From the IMG/VR virus record IMGVR_UViG_3300028024_000011, positions 1 to 57,620 of that record: a DNA stretch of 57,620 nt. One strand, given 5' to 3'. Position 1 is the first letter of the stretch, and the number at the start of each line of letters is the position of its first letter. This stretch comes from a virus. Taxonomy: Duplodnaviria > Caudoviricetes. Positions 1-7,821 of the stretch are shown here, in pieces. The position numbers and the translations under genes were made by a program. The notes under the pieces were generated by a model. It had not been told where the DNA came from, did not search any database, and saw only the letters and a list, made by a program, of their open reading frames with translations.

Positions 1-78
1 CTGGCGTGCGCCGCGGTTGTAGAAATCGCGGCTGTTGTTGTCAAGCGCCCGAGCCCATGCCATCTGTCCCATTGTCAT
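1..78 (-). CDS. Partial hypothetical protein (N-terminus only; runs off window)
   Basis: ATG at 78 with GGGAG RBS, downstream of promoter 123-151; open to position 1 (MTMGQMAWARALD...). Confidence 0.5.
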   Translation of the reverse strand, partial: MTMGQMAWARALDNNSRDFYNRGARQ

Positions 79-106
79 CTGTCCGTCTCCCATTCGGTCT
101 GTGTGA

Positions 107-151
107 CCGTTGCCACACGGGCAGTATAGCGAACCGTTACCACACACGCAA
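107..151 (-). promoter_or_regulatory. Sigma70-type promoter with two GTGTGGYAACGG boxes
   Basis: Minus strand TTGCGT-17bp-TATACT (151-146, 128-123); one box in the spacer, one downstream (118-107). Confidence 0.75.
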
Positions 152-182
152 GCCCCGGCCCGTGATCTCCCGGGCCGGGGCT
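151..182. terminator. GC-rich hairpin, probable terminator
   Basis: AGCCCCGGCCCG...CGGGCCGGGGCT inverted repeat after a minus-strand stop at 188. Confidence 0.55.
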
Positions 183-187
183 GTAGC

Positions 188-304
188 TCAGCGATAGATC
201 CGCGCGAGCACCATGACGGCACCGATCGCCATCACTGCCACCGGCGCCGCGATCGTGAGCGCGAGCCCAAGCAAGACTAGCGCCGTTGCTAGTCGGTCTG
301 CCAT
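188..304 (-). CDS. Small single-TM membrane protein (38 aa)
   Basis: Translated by hand: MADRLATALVLLGLALTIAAPVAVMAIGAVMVLARIYR; GGTGAG RBS. Confidence 0.5.
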   Translation of the reverse strand: MADRLATALVLLGLALTIAAPVAVMAIGAVMVLARIYR

Positions 305-322
305 CGTCTCACCTCGCGGCGT

Positions 323-532
323 TTAGTTGTCCCGGCTCGGCCGCCACGTCCCGCGCGCATACTGGCCACGCTGGCGCGTTGGCGACGCGTCCAGCACCGG
401 CAACGCCAGCGGCGACATGCCCGGCGCGCAATCGGACACGTAGCGCTCAAACCTCGCCGCGTCTTGTGCGTCGTCAAACGGTCCGTACACGCTCGTGTCG
501 CCCTGTTGGTCTGTCACTACCACGACGTACAT
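323..532 (-). CDS. Hypothetical protein
   Basis: ORF track; likely start MYVVVV with AGGGGG RBS. Confidence 0.55.
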   Translation of the reverse strand: MYVVVVTDQQGDTSVYGPFDDAQDAARFERYVSDCAPGMSPLALPVLDASPTRQRGQYARGTWRPSRDN

Positions 533-590
533 CACTGCCCCCTGTTGGCTCGCTACGGGCCGCTGACAGGTCATCAGCGGCCCGTGCTCG

Positions 591-959
591 TTACCGATAC
601 TGTTTCACCCACTCGCGATAGTCGGCCGACCATCGCCAGCCGTAACTCTTGCCGTTGCGCGGTCGTTTGATCTCGGTTCGTACCTCGATCGTCGGCCAGT
701 CATCAGCCGCGATCATCGGACGGTCGCCGGCGAGCCCGAGCACGGTACCGGACCACGAGTTGCGGGCCGGCCACGGTACCTGCCCCAGTAGCGCCTTGAT
801 GCCCGGAATAGGCGCCGTACCATCGTACACGGACTCGCGCGATACCGCGACGCGCTCGACGCGCCACGCCTTGACGCCATCCCAATCGGCCCACTCGCCG
901 CGGTACTGCGCGAGCTTGCCGTCATGCTCGATCAGTTCGCCTATCGATCGGTTCGCCAT
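591..959 (-). CDS. Hypothetical protein (122 aa)
   Basis: ORF with GGGACAGACAGATG start motif directly downstream of promoter 988-1032. Confidence 0.7.
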   Translation of the reverse strand: MANRSIGELIEHDGKLAQYRGEWADWDGVKAWRVERVAVSRESVYDGTAPIPGIKALLGQVPWPARNSWSGTVLGLAGDRPMIAADDWPTIEVRTEIKRPRNGKSYGWRWSADYREWVKQYR

Positions 960-987
960 CTGTCTGTCCCTTCAATCTGTCTCGTGG

Positions 988-1032
988 CCGTTGCCACACG
1001 GCAATCATATCAGCCCGTTACCACACACGCAA
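988..1032 (-). promoter_or_regulatory. Sigma70-type promoter with two GTGTGGYAACGG boxes
   Basis: TTGCGT-17bp-TATGAT on minus; same architecture as 107-151. Confidence 0.75.
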
Positions 1033-1060
1033 CAGGGCCGCCCGAATCCGGGCGGCCCTG
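1033..1060. terminator. Hairpin, probable terminator
   Basis: CAGGGCCGCCCG-AATC-CGGGCGGCCCTG, 12-bp perfect stem. Confidence 0.55.
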
Positions 1061-1071
1061 TGATCGCGAGG

Positions 1072-1332
1072 CTACGGTTTTCGGGTGCGTGAGCCCTTCC
1101 CGGTGCCGACCGCGCAACCAAGTTGCACGGCGGCCAGACGGGCTCGGCTATCGTCGGCCGCGCGCCACAGCGCGTCAATCCGCCGGCGCCGTGCGTCCGT
1201 GCCGTTGTCGCGCGTCTCGCGGATCTGCCGTTCGAGTCGTTCGAGTCGGTCGCGCTCGTGGCCAACGTCAACGCGGATCTTCGGCTCGGTCAGCGAGCAG
1301 TACGGGTTATCGTGTGGTGTGCCGCATGCCAT
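1072..1332 (-). CDS. Hypothetical coiled-coil protein
   Basis: Start MACGTPHD preceded by AGACAGATG motif. Confidence 0.55.
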   Translation of the reverse strand: MACGTPHDNPYCSLTEPKIRVDVGHERDRLERLERQIRETRDNGTDARRRRIDALWRAADDSRARLAAVQLGCAVGTGKGSRTRKP

Positions 1333-1336
1333 CTGT

Positions 1337-1507
1337 CTAGCTCTCCTGACTCGTCTTGCTGGCGATCTCGCGCATGGACTGGTACCGGTAGCCGGCCGCT
1401 TCGGCAACGCGTCGCCGCTCGGCGGCAATCTCGATAGCGCGCTGCTCTTGCTGCTGGCGCGTCTGTGTCAGGTACCGCGCTTCGTCACTCCATCCGTGCA
1501 CTGCCAT
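1337..1507 (-). CDS. Hypothetical protein (56 aa)
   Basis: Hand-translated MAVHGWSDEARYL...; GGGAGACAGACAGATG start motif, downstream of promoter 1559-1588. Confidence 0.55.
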   Translation of the reverse strand: MAVHGWSDEARYLTQTRQQQEQRAIEIAAERRRVAEAAGYRYQSMREIASKTSQES

Positions 1508-1558
1508 CTGTCTGTCTCCCGCATCGGCCGTGTCGCCGCTCGCGTAACTCGCCTGACT

Positions 1559-1588
1559 ACTGTAGCGTGGCCGTTACCACACTGTCAA
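1559..1588 (-). promoter_or_regulatory. Leftward sigma70 promoter with box
   Basis: TTGACA-18bp (contains GTGTGGTAACGG)-TACAGT. Confidence 0.7.
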
Positions 1589-1597
1589 CAGGTAGCC

Positions 1598-1625
1598 TGA
1601 AATGTCATCCTGAGATGACATTTCA
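1598..1625. promoter_or_regulatory. Palindrome copy 1 (TGAAATGTCATC-CTGA-GATGACATTTCA)
   Basis: 12-bp perfect arms, between the -35 elements of two divergent promoters. Confidence 0.85.
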
Positions 1626-1630
1626 CCGGC

Positions 1631-1659
1631 TTGCTTGCCGTTGCCACACACGCTATACT
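1631..1659 (+). promoter_or_regulatory. Rightward sigma70 promoter with box in inverted orientation
   Basis: TTGCTT-17bp (contains CCGTTGCCACAC)-TATACT. Confidence 0.7.
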
Positions 1660-1700
1660 CAAAGCAGCGCACGGGCGCGAGACAGACGGGAGACAGACAG

Positions 1701-2087
1701 ATGGCACGACCAACGGACATCAGCGAGGCTCGCCGGGATATCGAGGCTGCGAAGCTCGCGGAAGACGGCATCACGTGGCCCATCGTCACGTTGCGCAAGC
1801 AGTGGGGACCGTACGTACCGGGCACGATTTTCTACGGCATCCCGTCCAGCAAGGATCCGGAACGGCGCGGCAAGCATTATCTGGTCAACGAGCACGTATG
1901 CAACTGCCCCGACCGGAAGAAAGCACGGAACGTCTGCAAACACATTCGGGCCGTCCGGATCCATCAGGAGAACGAAGCGCAACGGCTCGGGCTGGCCACG
2001 CTGGCGGAAATTGACGTCGAGTGCGCCGGCATCCGTGCCGATCACGACGCGGTACGCGCGGCCTTCCAACGGCGCCGCGCCTCATAA
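1701..2087 (+). CDS. SWIM zinc-finger protein
   Basis: CNCPD...CKHI SWIM motif; GGAGACAGACAGATG start. Confidence 0.75.
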   Translation: MARPTDISEARRDIEAAKLAEDGITWPIVTLRKQWGPYVPGTIFYGIPSSKDPERRGKHYLVNEHVCNCPDRKKARNVCKHIRAVRIHQENEAQRLGLATLAEIDVECAGIRADHDAVRAAFQRRRAS

Positions 2088-2092
2088 CCATC

Positions 2093-2120
2093 CGAGCCCC
2101 GGCCGAGCGGCCGGGGCTCG
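2093..2120. terminator. Hairpin after the SWIM gene
   Basis: CGAGCCCCGGCCG-AG-CGGCCGGGGCTCG. Confidence 0.5.
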
Positions 2121-2140
2121 TTCATGTACAGGGGGTAAGT

Positions 2141-2368
2141 ATGTGGCAAGCAAGGGCGTGCGGTTGCGCTGTCAACACCCAGAACGAGCCAGCGACGACT
2201 CGCCCGTGCGCCAATCTGGCCACGCTGATCGAACATCGGCGGCAAGCTCGCGCGACCCTATCCACGCTCAGGATCGGCGTAGCCGGCAATAGTGGCGAGC
2301 GGCGACGACTTCAAGCGGTCGTTGCGAAACTAACGGGCTCGATCCAATCGCATCGGGCCGGATCGTGA
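2141..2368 (+). CDS. Small RxCGC protein, paralog 1
   Basis: MWQARACGC...; AGGGGG RBS. Confidence 0.6.
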   Translation: MWQARACGCAVNTQNEPATTRPCANLATLIEHRRQARATLSTLRIGVAGNSGERRRLQAVVAKLTGSIQSHRAGS

Positions 2369-2589
2369 TCACGCGCCGCTGTGGCTGTGTCTATTACACC
2401 GGCAACCGCGTACTCCGCGCGCCGTGCTCCGGCCTGTCTGATCTGTGGGCGGCACACCGGATCGCGCTAGCCGATCGCACCCGAGCCCGTGCCGAGTGCG
2501 CCACGCGGCGCGTGATCGAGGCTGCCGCGGCGCGCGTCAACCGGTTGACGCGCGCCATGCTGCGCCACGACCGGGAGTGCCGGAAATGA
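2365..2589 (+). CDS. Small RxCGC protein, paralog 2
   Basis: MITRRCGC...; GTGA overlap with previous stop. Confidence 0.6.
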   Translation: MITRRCGCVYYTGNRVLRAPCSGLSDLWAAHRIALADRTRARAECATRRVIEAAAARVNRLTRAMLRHDRECRK

Positions 2590-2792
2590 CCGTGCGCGCG
2601 TGTGGTTGTCGAACGTCGAGCCGCGGCGAGCCGACAACCTACTGTGACGACTTGACAAAGTTACAAGGGATGTACCGGTCCGCATTGGACCGGTACATCC
2701 ACGCGCCACCGGGAACCGATGAAGGCAACGCGGCCAGCGACCGTCTACGCGAGATCAATAAGCGCATCAGCGCACACTGGCGGCTACGATGA
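2586..2792 (+). CDS. Small RxCGC protein, paralog 3
   Basis: MTVRACGC...; ATGA overlap. Confidence 0.6.
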   Translation: MTVRACGCRTSSRGEPTTYCDDLTKLQGMYRSALDRYIHAPPGTDEGNAASDRLREINKRISAHWRLR

Positions 2793-3070
2793 AGTATCTA
2801 GAGATCACACGGATACCGGCGCGCGGGCGCCACTGCGCCGAGCTTCGCATGTTGATTGAGACGGTCAGCCGCAACGGCGCGCGATACGTGGCCGAGCTTA
2901 CGCTGAATGACGAGACGTTGCACGGCTTTATTCAGATGGCCCACCACGCCGGCAGGTACCGGCGCAAGCTCGGCCCGTTGACCGTGCAGGTTACCCGCGT
3001 GCCGGACGCAAGCGGCGCCGGCTCGATCGAGCCGGCGCCGCGTCGGTTGCGGATCGTTGGCGACGCTTAG
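2789..3070 (+). CDS. Hypothetical protein (93 aa)
   Basis: ATGA overlap; converges on the minus-strand late operon. Confidence 0.6.
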   Translation: MKYLEITRIPARGRHCAELRMLIETVSRNGARYVAELTLNDETLHGFIQMAHHAGRYRRKLGPLTVQVTRVPDASGAGSIEPAPRRLRIVGDA

Positions 3071-3264
3071 TGGTCGGTTGACTCCGGCTCGCCGCCGGGC
3101 TTCGTTGCGCCGAGCGCCTTCCGCGCGTCGCTTTGTGCGCGCTGAATGGCGAGGATAGCCCGGTCCTTCCGCGCGCCGTCCGGCAGATTCGTCCGGTACT
3201 GTGTCATCAGGTGTTCGGCCATCTTGTCCAGCGATTCCGCCAGCATGTCGGCGTTCTGATTCAC
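3067..3264 (-). CDS. Hypothetical protein downstream of endolysin
   Basis: GTG overlapping lysin stop, GGGAGG RBS. Confidence 0.55.
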   Translation of the reverse strand: MNQNADMLAESLDKMAEHLMTQYRTNLPDGARKDRAILAIQRAQSDARKALGATKPGGEPESTDH

Positions 3265-5192
3265 GACGTCAAGTCCTCCCAGAAAGCTCGGCTGAGCGAC
3301 GGTACCCACGTGTACCGTCGCGCGTGGCCGAGTCCGTCCGTACCGATCGCGGTACTGTAGCCGTTCGCCGTCGAGCCCTGGAACGAGAACACTTCGTCAG
3401 ACGCCGGACGATCGCCACGAGCCGCCATCGCGTCCACAAGCCCACTGCCCACGTTGTACGTTGTCTCGGGCTGTGGCGTAGGCGCCGGTGCCGGGCCGGG
3501 CTTGCCGTACTTGCGTAGCTGATCGAGGTTGCCGAAGAACGCGTCTAGATCGCAGTCACCGGCGATCCCTGGCACGCGCCCGCTACTGCTGTACTGCCAG
3601 AACGCCAACGGCGCCCCGGTCGCCAGCCACGGGTCAACCGGGGCCGGCGGATCGCCGCGCGGGTAGTCCGGCATCGGTGGCTGTTCGTACGCCGCGATGC
3701 ACAGTCCCATCACGGTCAGTTTGTCGTCGCCGGGATCGTCTCCGAATCCGTGCGGATCGGCGTACCACTTGCCCGTGTACACGACCGGCCAGAAGCCTTC
3801 GGCCGCGGCAATGTAGGCGCCCCACGTGTACACCCACGCGGTCAAGTCCATACCTGACGTCAGCGCCGTGTCTTCCATGTCGAGCCACACACCATCGCCG
3901 GGGCTGAAACCGCCGTTCGCGTTGACCACTGACAGAAAGAACGCGGCCTCTTCGTCCGGCTGATTCGCACTCGGCCGCGCGAAATGGTAGGCGATCCGGA
4001 CCATGTTAGCGTCCGCGATGCCTCGCCAGTTGACATCAAAGTCCGGGTCTACGAACGACGTACCCTCCGATGCTTTGCACACGCCGAACGCGCGACCGCT
4101 CGCGGCAACGGCGGCCCAATCGATCGCGGCAACTTGCCAGTTCGACACGTCCACGCCGTAGACTCGTTCATCTGCCATAGGTACCTCCGTAGACGGCCCT
4201 GACGGGCCCGGATCGGGCTGTGTGGGTCCGGTAGCCACCGGTGGCGCCGGTGGCGTCTGTTGGCCATCCCGCGGCACCTGGGGGGCATCAGCGATGTCAC
4301 CGGGCACCATGTACGTAGGATCGGCGTGCAGGACGATCGCCCCATCCCATAGTGCCATCCGATCGGGATTACCTTCGATGTCGTATGTCCGCTGTCCGGC
4401 GTCTTGCTCCCAACGCCAGATGAAATAGCACGTCTGTAGACGACTGATGCCCGCGCATAGCGTCATGAGTCGTTGGCGGATCTGGCCCTCTTCGGCTAGC
4501 GAGCCCGGCGCGTTCCACTCGCCCAACAGCAACGGGTGACGCGGGAACGCTCGCGCGTACCATTCGACGGTCTGCGTCACGGACTCAACGCTATTGTACG
4601 CGTGCAAGCACACGCCGTCGAACATCTCAGCGGCCGATGTCCACAGCGGCGCGATATCGTCGCGTAGCTCGCCGTGGCCCGGCGCCCACGCCGGGAACCA
4701 CCAGCGCGGCGACCATCCGCGATCCGCCGCGCGTTCCCTGCACGCGCCGAGCAGTCCCACGAGGAAATCAGCCCAGTACCGATAGTTGCTCGGCCAGTTC
4801 GACGCTTGCATATCGTCGTGTTCGTCGCCGCGCTCATAGTTCAGGTTTAGCTCGTTCAGCAAGAGCACGTCAGACGGATAGGCGCCGGTCCGGTCGTGGT
4901 GCGCGTCGAGATTGGCGAATACCGAACGGCTGTAGCTGTGAGCGTTCCAGCCGGATAACGCGGGCTTTTCCTGTGGACTCGATCGCCAGACCGTCAGACC
5001 CGGCGCATAGCCAACGCTCGCCGCGTACTCAGCCCGCCGAGCTACAACCGCCAGCCAATACCATTGGGCTTCGGGCTCGTTCATGATCGTAGGCGCGTCG
5101 AGTTGCAGGACGTCGAGAATCGGGTCTGTCGGGCCGTCTCGCCCGGCCGGTGCGCTACCCGTTCGCCAGTGGATGCCGTCCGCTCGGCCCAT
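3261..5192 (-). CDS. Endolysin: N-terminal clan-A-like glycoside hydrolase domain + GH25 muramidase
   Basis: GH25 motifs DVSNWQ, YHFA, LDME, WQYSS.G.VPGI.GD.DLD; N-domain has LLNELN, LHAY, LLGEWN; Pro-rich linker. Confidence 0.85.
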   Translation of the reverse strand: MGRADGIHWRTGSAPAGRDGPTDPILDVLQLDAPTIMNEPEAQWYWLAVVARRAEYAASVGYAPGLTVWRSSPQEKPALSGWNAHSYSRSVFANLDAHHDRTGAYPSDVLLLNELNLNYERGDEHDDMQASNWPSNYRYWADFLVGLLGACRERAADRGWSPRWWFPAWAPGHGELRDDIAPLWTSAAEMFDGVCLHAYNSVESVTQTVEWYARAFPRHPLLLGEWNAPGSLAEEGQIRQRLMTLCAGISRLQTCYFIWRWEQDAGQRTYDIEGNPDRMALWDGAIVLHADPTYMVPGDIADAPQVPRDGQQTPPAPPVATGPTQPDPGPSGPSTEVPMADERVYGVDVSNWQVAAIDWAAVAASGRAFGVCKASEGTSFVDPDFDVNWRGIADANMVRIAYHFARPSANQPDEEAAFFLSVVNANGGFSPGDGVWLDMEDTALTSGMDLTAWVYTWGAYIAAAEGFWPVVYTGKWYADPHGFGDDPGDDKLTVMGLCIAAYEQPPMPDYPRGDPPAPVDPWLATGAPLAFWQYSSSGRVPGIAGDCDLDAFFGNLDQLRKYGKPGPAPAPTPQPETTYNVGSGLVDAMAARGDRPASDEVFSFQGSTANGYSTAIGTDGLGHARRYTWVPSLSRAFWEDLTS

Positions 5193-5201
5193 ATACCCCC
5201 C

Positions 5202-5227
5202 TGAAATGTCATCTCAGGATGACATTG
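5202..5227. promoter_or_regulatory. Palindrome copy 2
   Basis: AATGTCATC-TCAG-GATGACATT just upstream of the endolysin RBS. Confidence 0.85.
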
Positions 5228-5809
5228 TTAGCCGCGGTGTCCCTTCCAGATTCCGATGGTTAGGTGAGCCGCCGCGTTTGCCCACCCGATCGGGTTGCCG
5301 TTCCAAATGCCGACATACAGCCGGCATGGTCCGAATAGCAGGATATTCGTTTCGTGGTTGTGGTAGCCGGCCCACGTGCCTTCGCTCGTGTCGGTCACCA
5401 CGCGGCCGGGTTGTAGTTGCCACGTGTCGTCGGGCATCTTGACTTTAGTAGGTTCGCGCCACTGTGCGAAGTGTCCGAACGTCGACCACACTGACGCGTC
5501 GAGTCCACGGTCTGGCCGTTGCACGAATATGTGCATGATCAGATCCATAGGGTTATACGACGGTTCCGGGTGCGCTAGCATTTCCTCGATAGAAAACAGT
5601 GTCCAGACCTCGCCGGCCGGGACCATCGTATCGAAGCACGGGAACGTCTGGCCGCGGTTCTGGGATTTGATGACAAGCGTGTCGTTGATCGTCGGCCCTT
5701 TGTAGAAGCCCTGCATCATGGGATCTTCGGCCGGATCATACGGCAAACGGATGGCGCCGTAGTGGACGCCATCCGTTATCGGATCGTAGGGTAGCGAATT
5801 GTCGGTCAT
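5228..5809 (-). CDS. Hypothetical protein (tail-region)
   Basis: Start MTDNSL with ATGA overlap and GGGGG RBS. Confidence 0.65.
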   Translation of the reverse strand: MTDNSLPYDPITDGVHYGAIRLPYDPAEDPMMQGFYKGPTINDTLVIKSQNRGQTFPCFDTMVPAGEVWTLFSIEEMLAHPEPSYNPMDLIMHIFVQRPDRGLDASVWSTFGHFAQWREPTKVKMPDDTWQLQPGRVVTDTSEGTWAGYHNHETNILLFGPCRLYVGIWNGNPIGWANAAAHLTIGIWKGHRG

Positions 5810-6237
5810 CGTGCCCCCGGTCGCCTGAACGTCTGGCGGATCTGCCACAGCGCCCACCAGCACAGGATTTTGACGACGGCTACCGTCGCCGCGTTTGCTG
5901 GCGCCTGAGCCGTTGCGTATGCCCGTAGGGCTTGCACGCGCGTCACGAGTTGTTGCGGCGTGGTATCGTCGGCATCGGCGCCGTAGTCCGGATCAGGATC
6001 CGGCGCGTGAGCGGCTACGATGGCCGCGGCTTCGGCCGGTAGCTCGGCCGGCATGTTGTCGGCATCGTAGGTGAAAACCTTGCCGTTCTGGTCGGTTGAG
6101 ATCATCCCGAGTTGATTGTGTGGCACGCCGGCTGCCGTCAACTCGTCAGCGAGCCGGGCGAGGTTGACCCGCTTGCCGTTCGTCGGGATGCCCACCAGAT
6201 CGCGGTAGCGCTGCGCTGGATCTGTTACGGCCACCAT
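5806..6237 (-). CDS. Hypothetical protein (tail-associated by position)
   Basis: ORF overlapping neighbours in late operon. Confidence 0.6.
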   Translation of the reverse strand: MVAVTDPAQRYRDLVGIPTNGKRVNLARLADELTAAGVPHNQLGMISTDQNGKVFTYDADNMPAELPAEAAAIVAAHAPDPDPDYGADADDTTPQQLVTRVQALRAYATAQAPANAATVAVVKILCWWALWQIRQTFRRPGAR

Positions 6238-6707
6238 GAGCCCTCATAAGCGAGAATCCACCGATACGGACCGTACAGGTTGCCGGTGCCGGTGTCGACA
6301 CGAAAGTACATATATGGGTTATAGCTACCGACCGGCTGGCCGGTGAACACCATAGCAACCGGGTTCGCCTGAATCGAGCTTGACGGCACACGAACCGGGT
6401 AGCCCTGCACGACACCGGTCACGCCGTTGAGCGCGATGCCGATATACACGTCGTTACCCGGTGACGAGTGGTAGCACCGCGCATCGAACAGCACGACGAT
6501 ATCCGACGACGCGTTGCGTTTGTTGATCTGACATGATGTATCAGTCGGCACGAACGCCGTGTTCGACGTCGAGATAGTCGAGCCGGTGGGAAGCCCCAGG
6601 ACCGGCCGGCCAGTCATGGGCGATTCACGAGCCGCCAGACGGTCAACCGTCCGTTTCAAATCCTCAAGATCGTTCATGTACTGCTGAAACGATCGTTGAT
6701 CGATCAT
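6225..6707 (-). CDS. Minor tail protein, putative
   Basis: N-terminal coiled coil then beta-rich domain; follows hub-like gene. Confidence 0.6.
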   Translation of the reverse strand: MIDQRSFQQYMNDLEDLKRTVDRLAARESPMTGRPVLGLPTGSTISTSNTAFVPTDTSCQINKRNASSDIVVLFDARCYHSSPGNDVYIGIALNGVTGVVQGYPVRVPSSSIQANPVAMVFTGQPVGSYNPYMYFRVDTGTGNLYGPYRWILAYEGSWWP

Positions 6708-7819
6708 GCCGGCTCGCCCTTGAGACTCACTGTCACTGTTTCTTCGCCCCCCTGCATCGTTACCGCCAACGCCTCAACCTTGACGAGATATTGTACCCCA
6801 TCCATTTCGGCTAGCAGACTGTCGCCAAACGTCCAGTCCTTACCGTACACCGCGCCGGGTCCGTTGACCAGACTACCCGTCAGCACTGTCCGGGTCCGTT
6901 GACGCATAAGCTCGGCCTGAGCCTCGCCCAGGATCGCGGCATCCGTTGTAGCCGACGCCGCGTCTATCGTCGCCTCGCGGCGGCCGAATGGCGACGTCAC
7001 GAGCCGCGTTGCATCGACGGCTACCTGCACCTTGCGGCTCGGGCCTTGCCCCGGCCCGAGCCCATAGACGGCCGTCGCTGACGATCGATAGTCGGTTGTG
7101 ACCTCGGAAGCTCCGAGCGTACCGCGATCCGTCGAGATCGTCAGCGAGCCCGGCGTGCCTACGATGCTTCGATTTGTGCCGCGCTGACCGACATAGGTCC
7201 GGAATTCAAACCTCGATCCTGTCCAGACCAGATCAAAATACAGCGGGCGCGTACTGTCCGCTGTCCGCGCCGATTGCGCCAAATCCTGCAAGAGCGAAAA
7301 CAGGTTCTTTTGCGAGCCCTCCTTAGTGACCGATGCCGCCCCGGACACACTGGCGGCTACGTCGATATAGCCTGACCATGTCCGATCGCCGGCCGCGCTA
7401 CTGCCGAGATTTTCGGCTACGTACGCCTTCATCAGATCGTCAGCGGCGCCCGTCTTGAGTGAGCCGGCCGCGCCCGCTAGCGCCGTGATCACGCGCCGTT
7501 CTAGCAGCGTGGCGGCTGTGTAGGCTACCAACGTACGGTAACGGCCACCGGCCGCGCTGACGCCCTTCGTGGGAGCTTGTAGCAGCCATACCGTCTCGCC
7601 CTCGCGTTGCATCTCGCCACCGACCGGGCGCCGCATGATCTCGAAGCGCGCGTCTTCGATCAGGTAAGCATCCGGCAGACTGCCACGAGGTATCGTGATC
7701 GTGACCGATCCGACCGCGTTGGTTCCGAGCGCATACGTCAGTTTCGCGATGCGATTGCCCGACACGTCGGCCACGCGGTTGCCGAACGGATCGCTCAGCC
7801 ATATCTGGTAGTCTGTCAT
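6704..7819 (-). CDS. Siphovirus minor tail / baseplate hub-like protein (ReqiPepy6 Gp37-like)
   Basis: Position after Dit-like gene; ATAVYGLGPG, PFGRRE, YGKDWTFGD motifs. Confidence 0.7.
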   Translation of the reverse strand: MTDYQIWLSDPFGNRVADVSGNRIAKLTYALGTNAVGSVTITIPRGSLPDAYLIEDARFEIMRRPVGGEMQREGETVWLLQAPTKGVSAAGGRYRTLVAYTAATLLERRVITALAGAAGSLKTGAADDLMKAYVAENLGSSAAGDRTWSGYIDVAASVSGAASVTKEGSQKNLFSLLQDLAQSARTADSTRPLYFDLVWTGSRFEFRTYVGQRGTNRSIVGTPGSLTISTDRGTLGASEVTTDYRSSATAVYGLGPGQGPSRKVQVAVDATRLVTSPFGRREATIDAASATTDAAILGEAQAELMRQRTRTVLTGSLVNGPGAVYGKDWTFGDSLLAEMDGVQYLVKVEALAVTMQGGEETVTVSLKGEPA

Positions 7820-7821
7820 GG

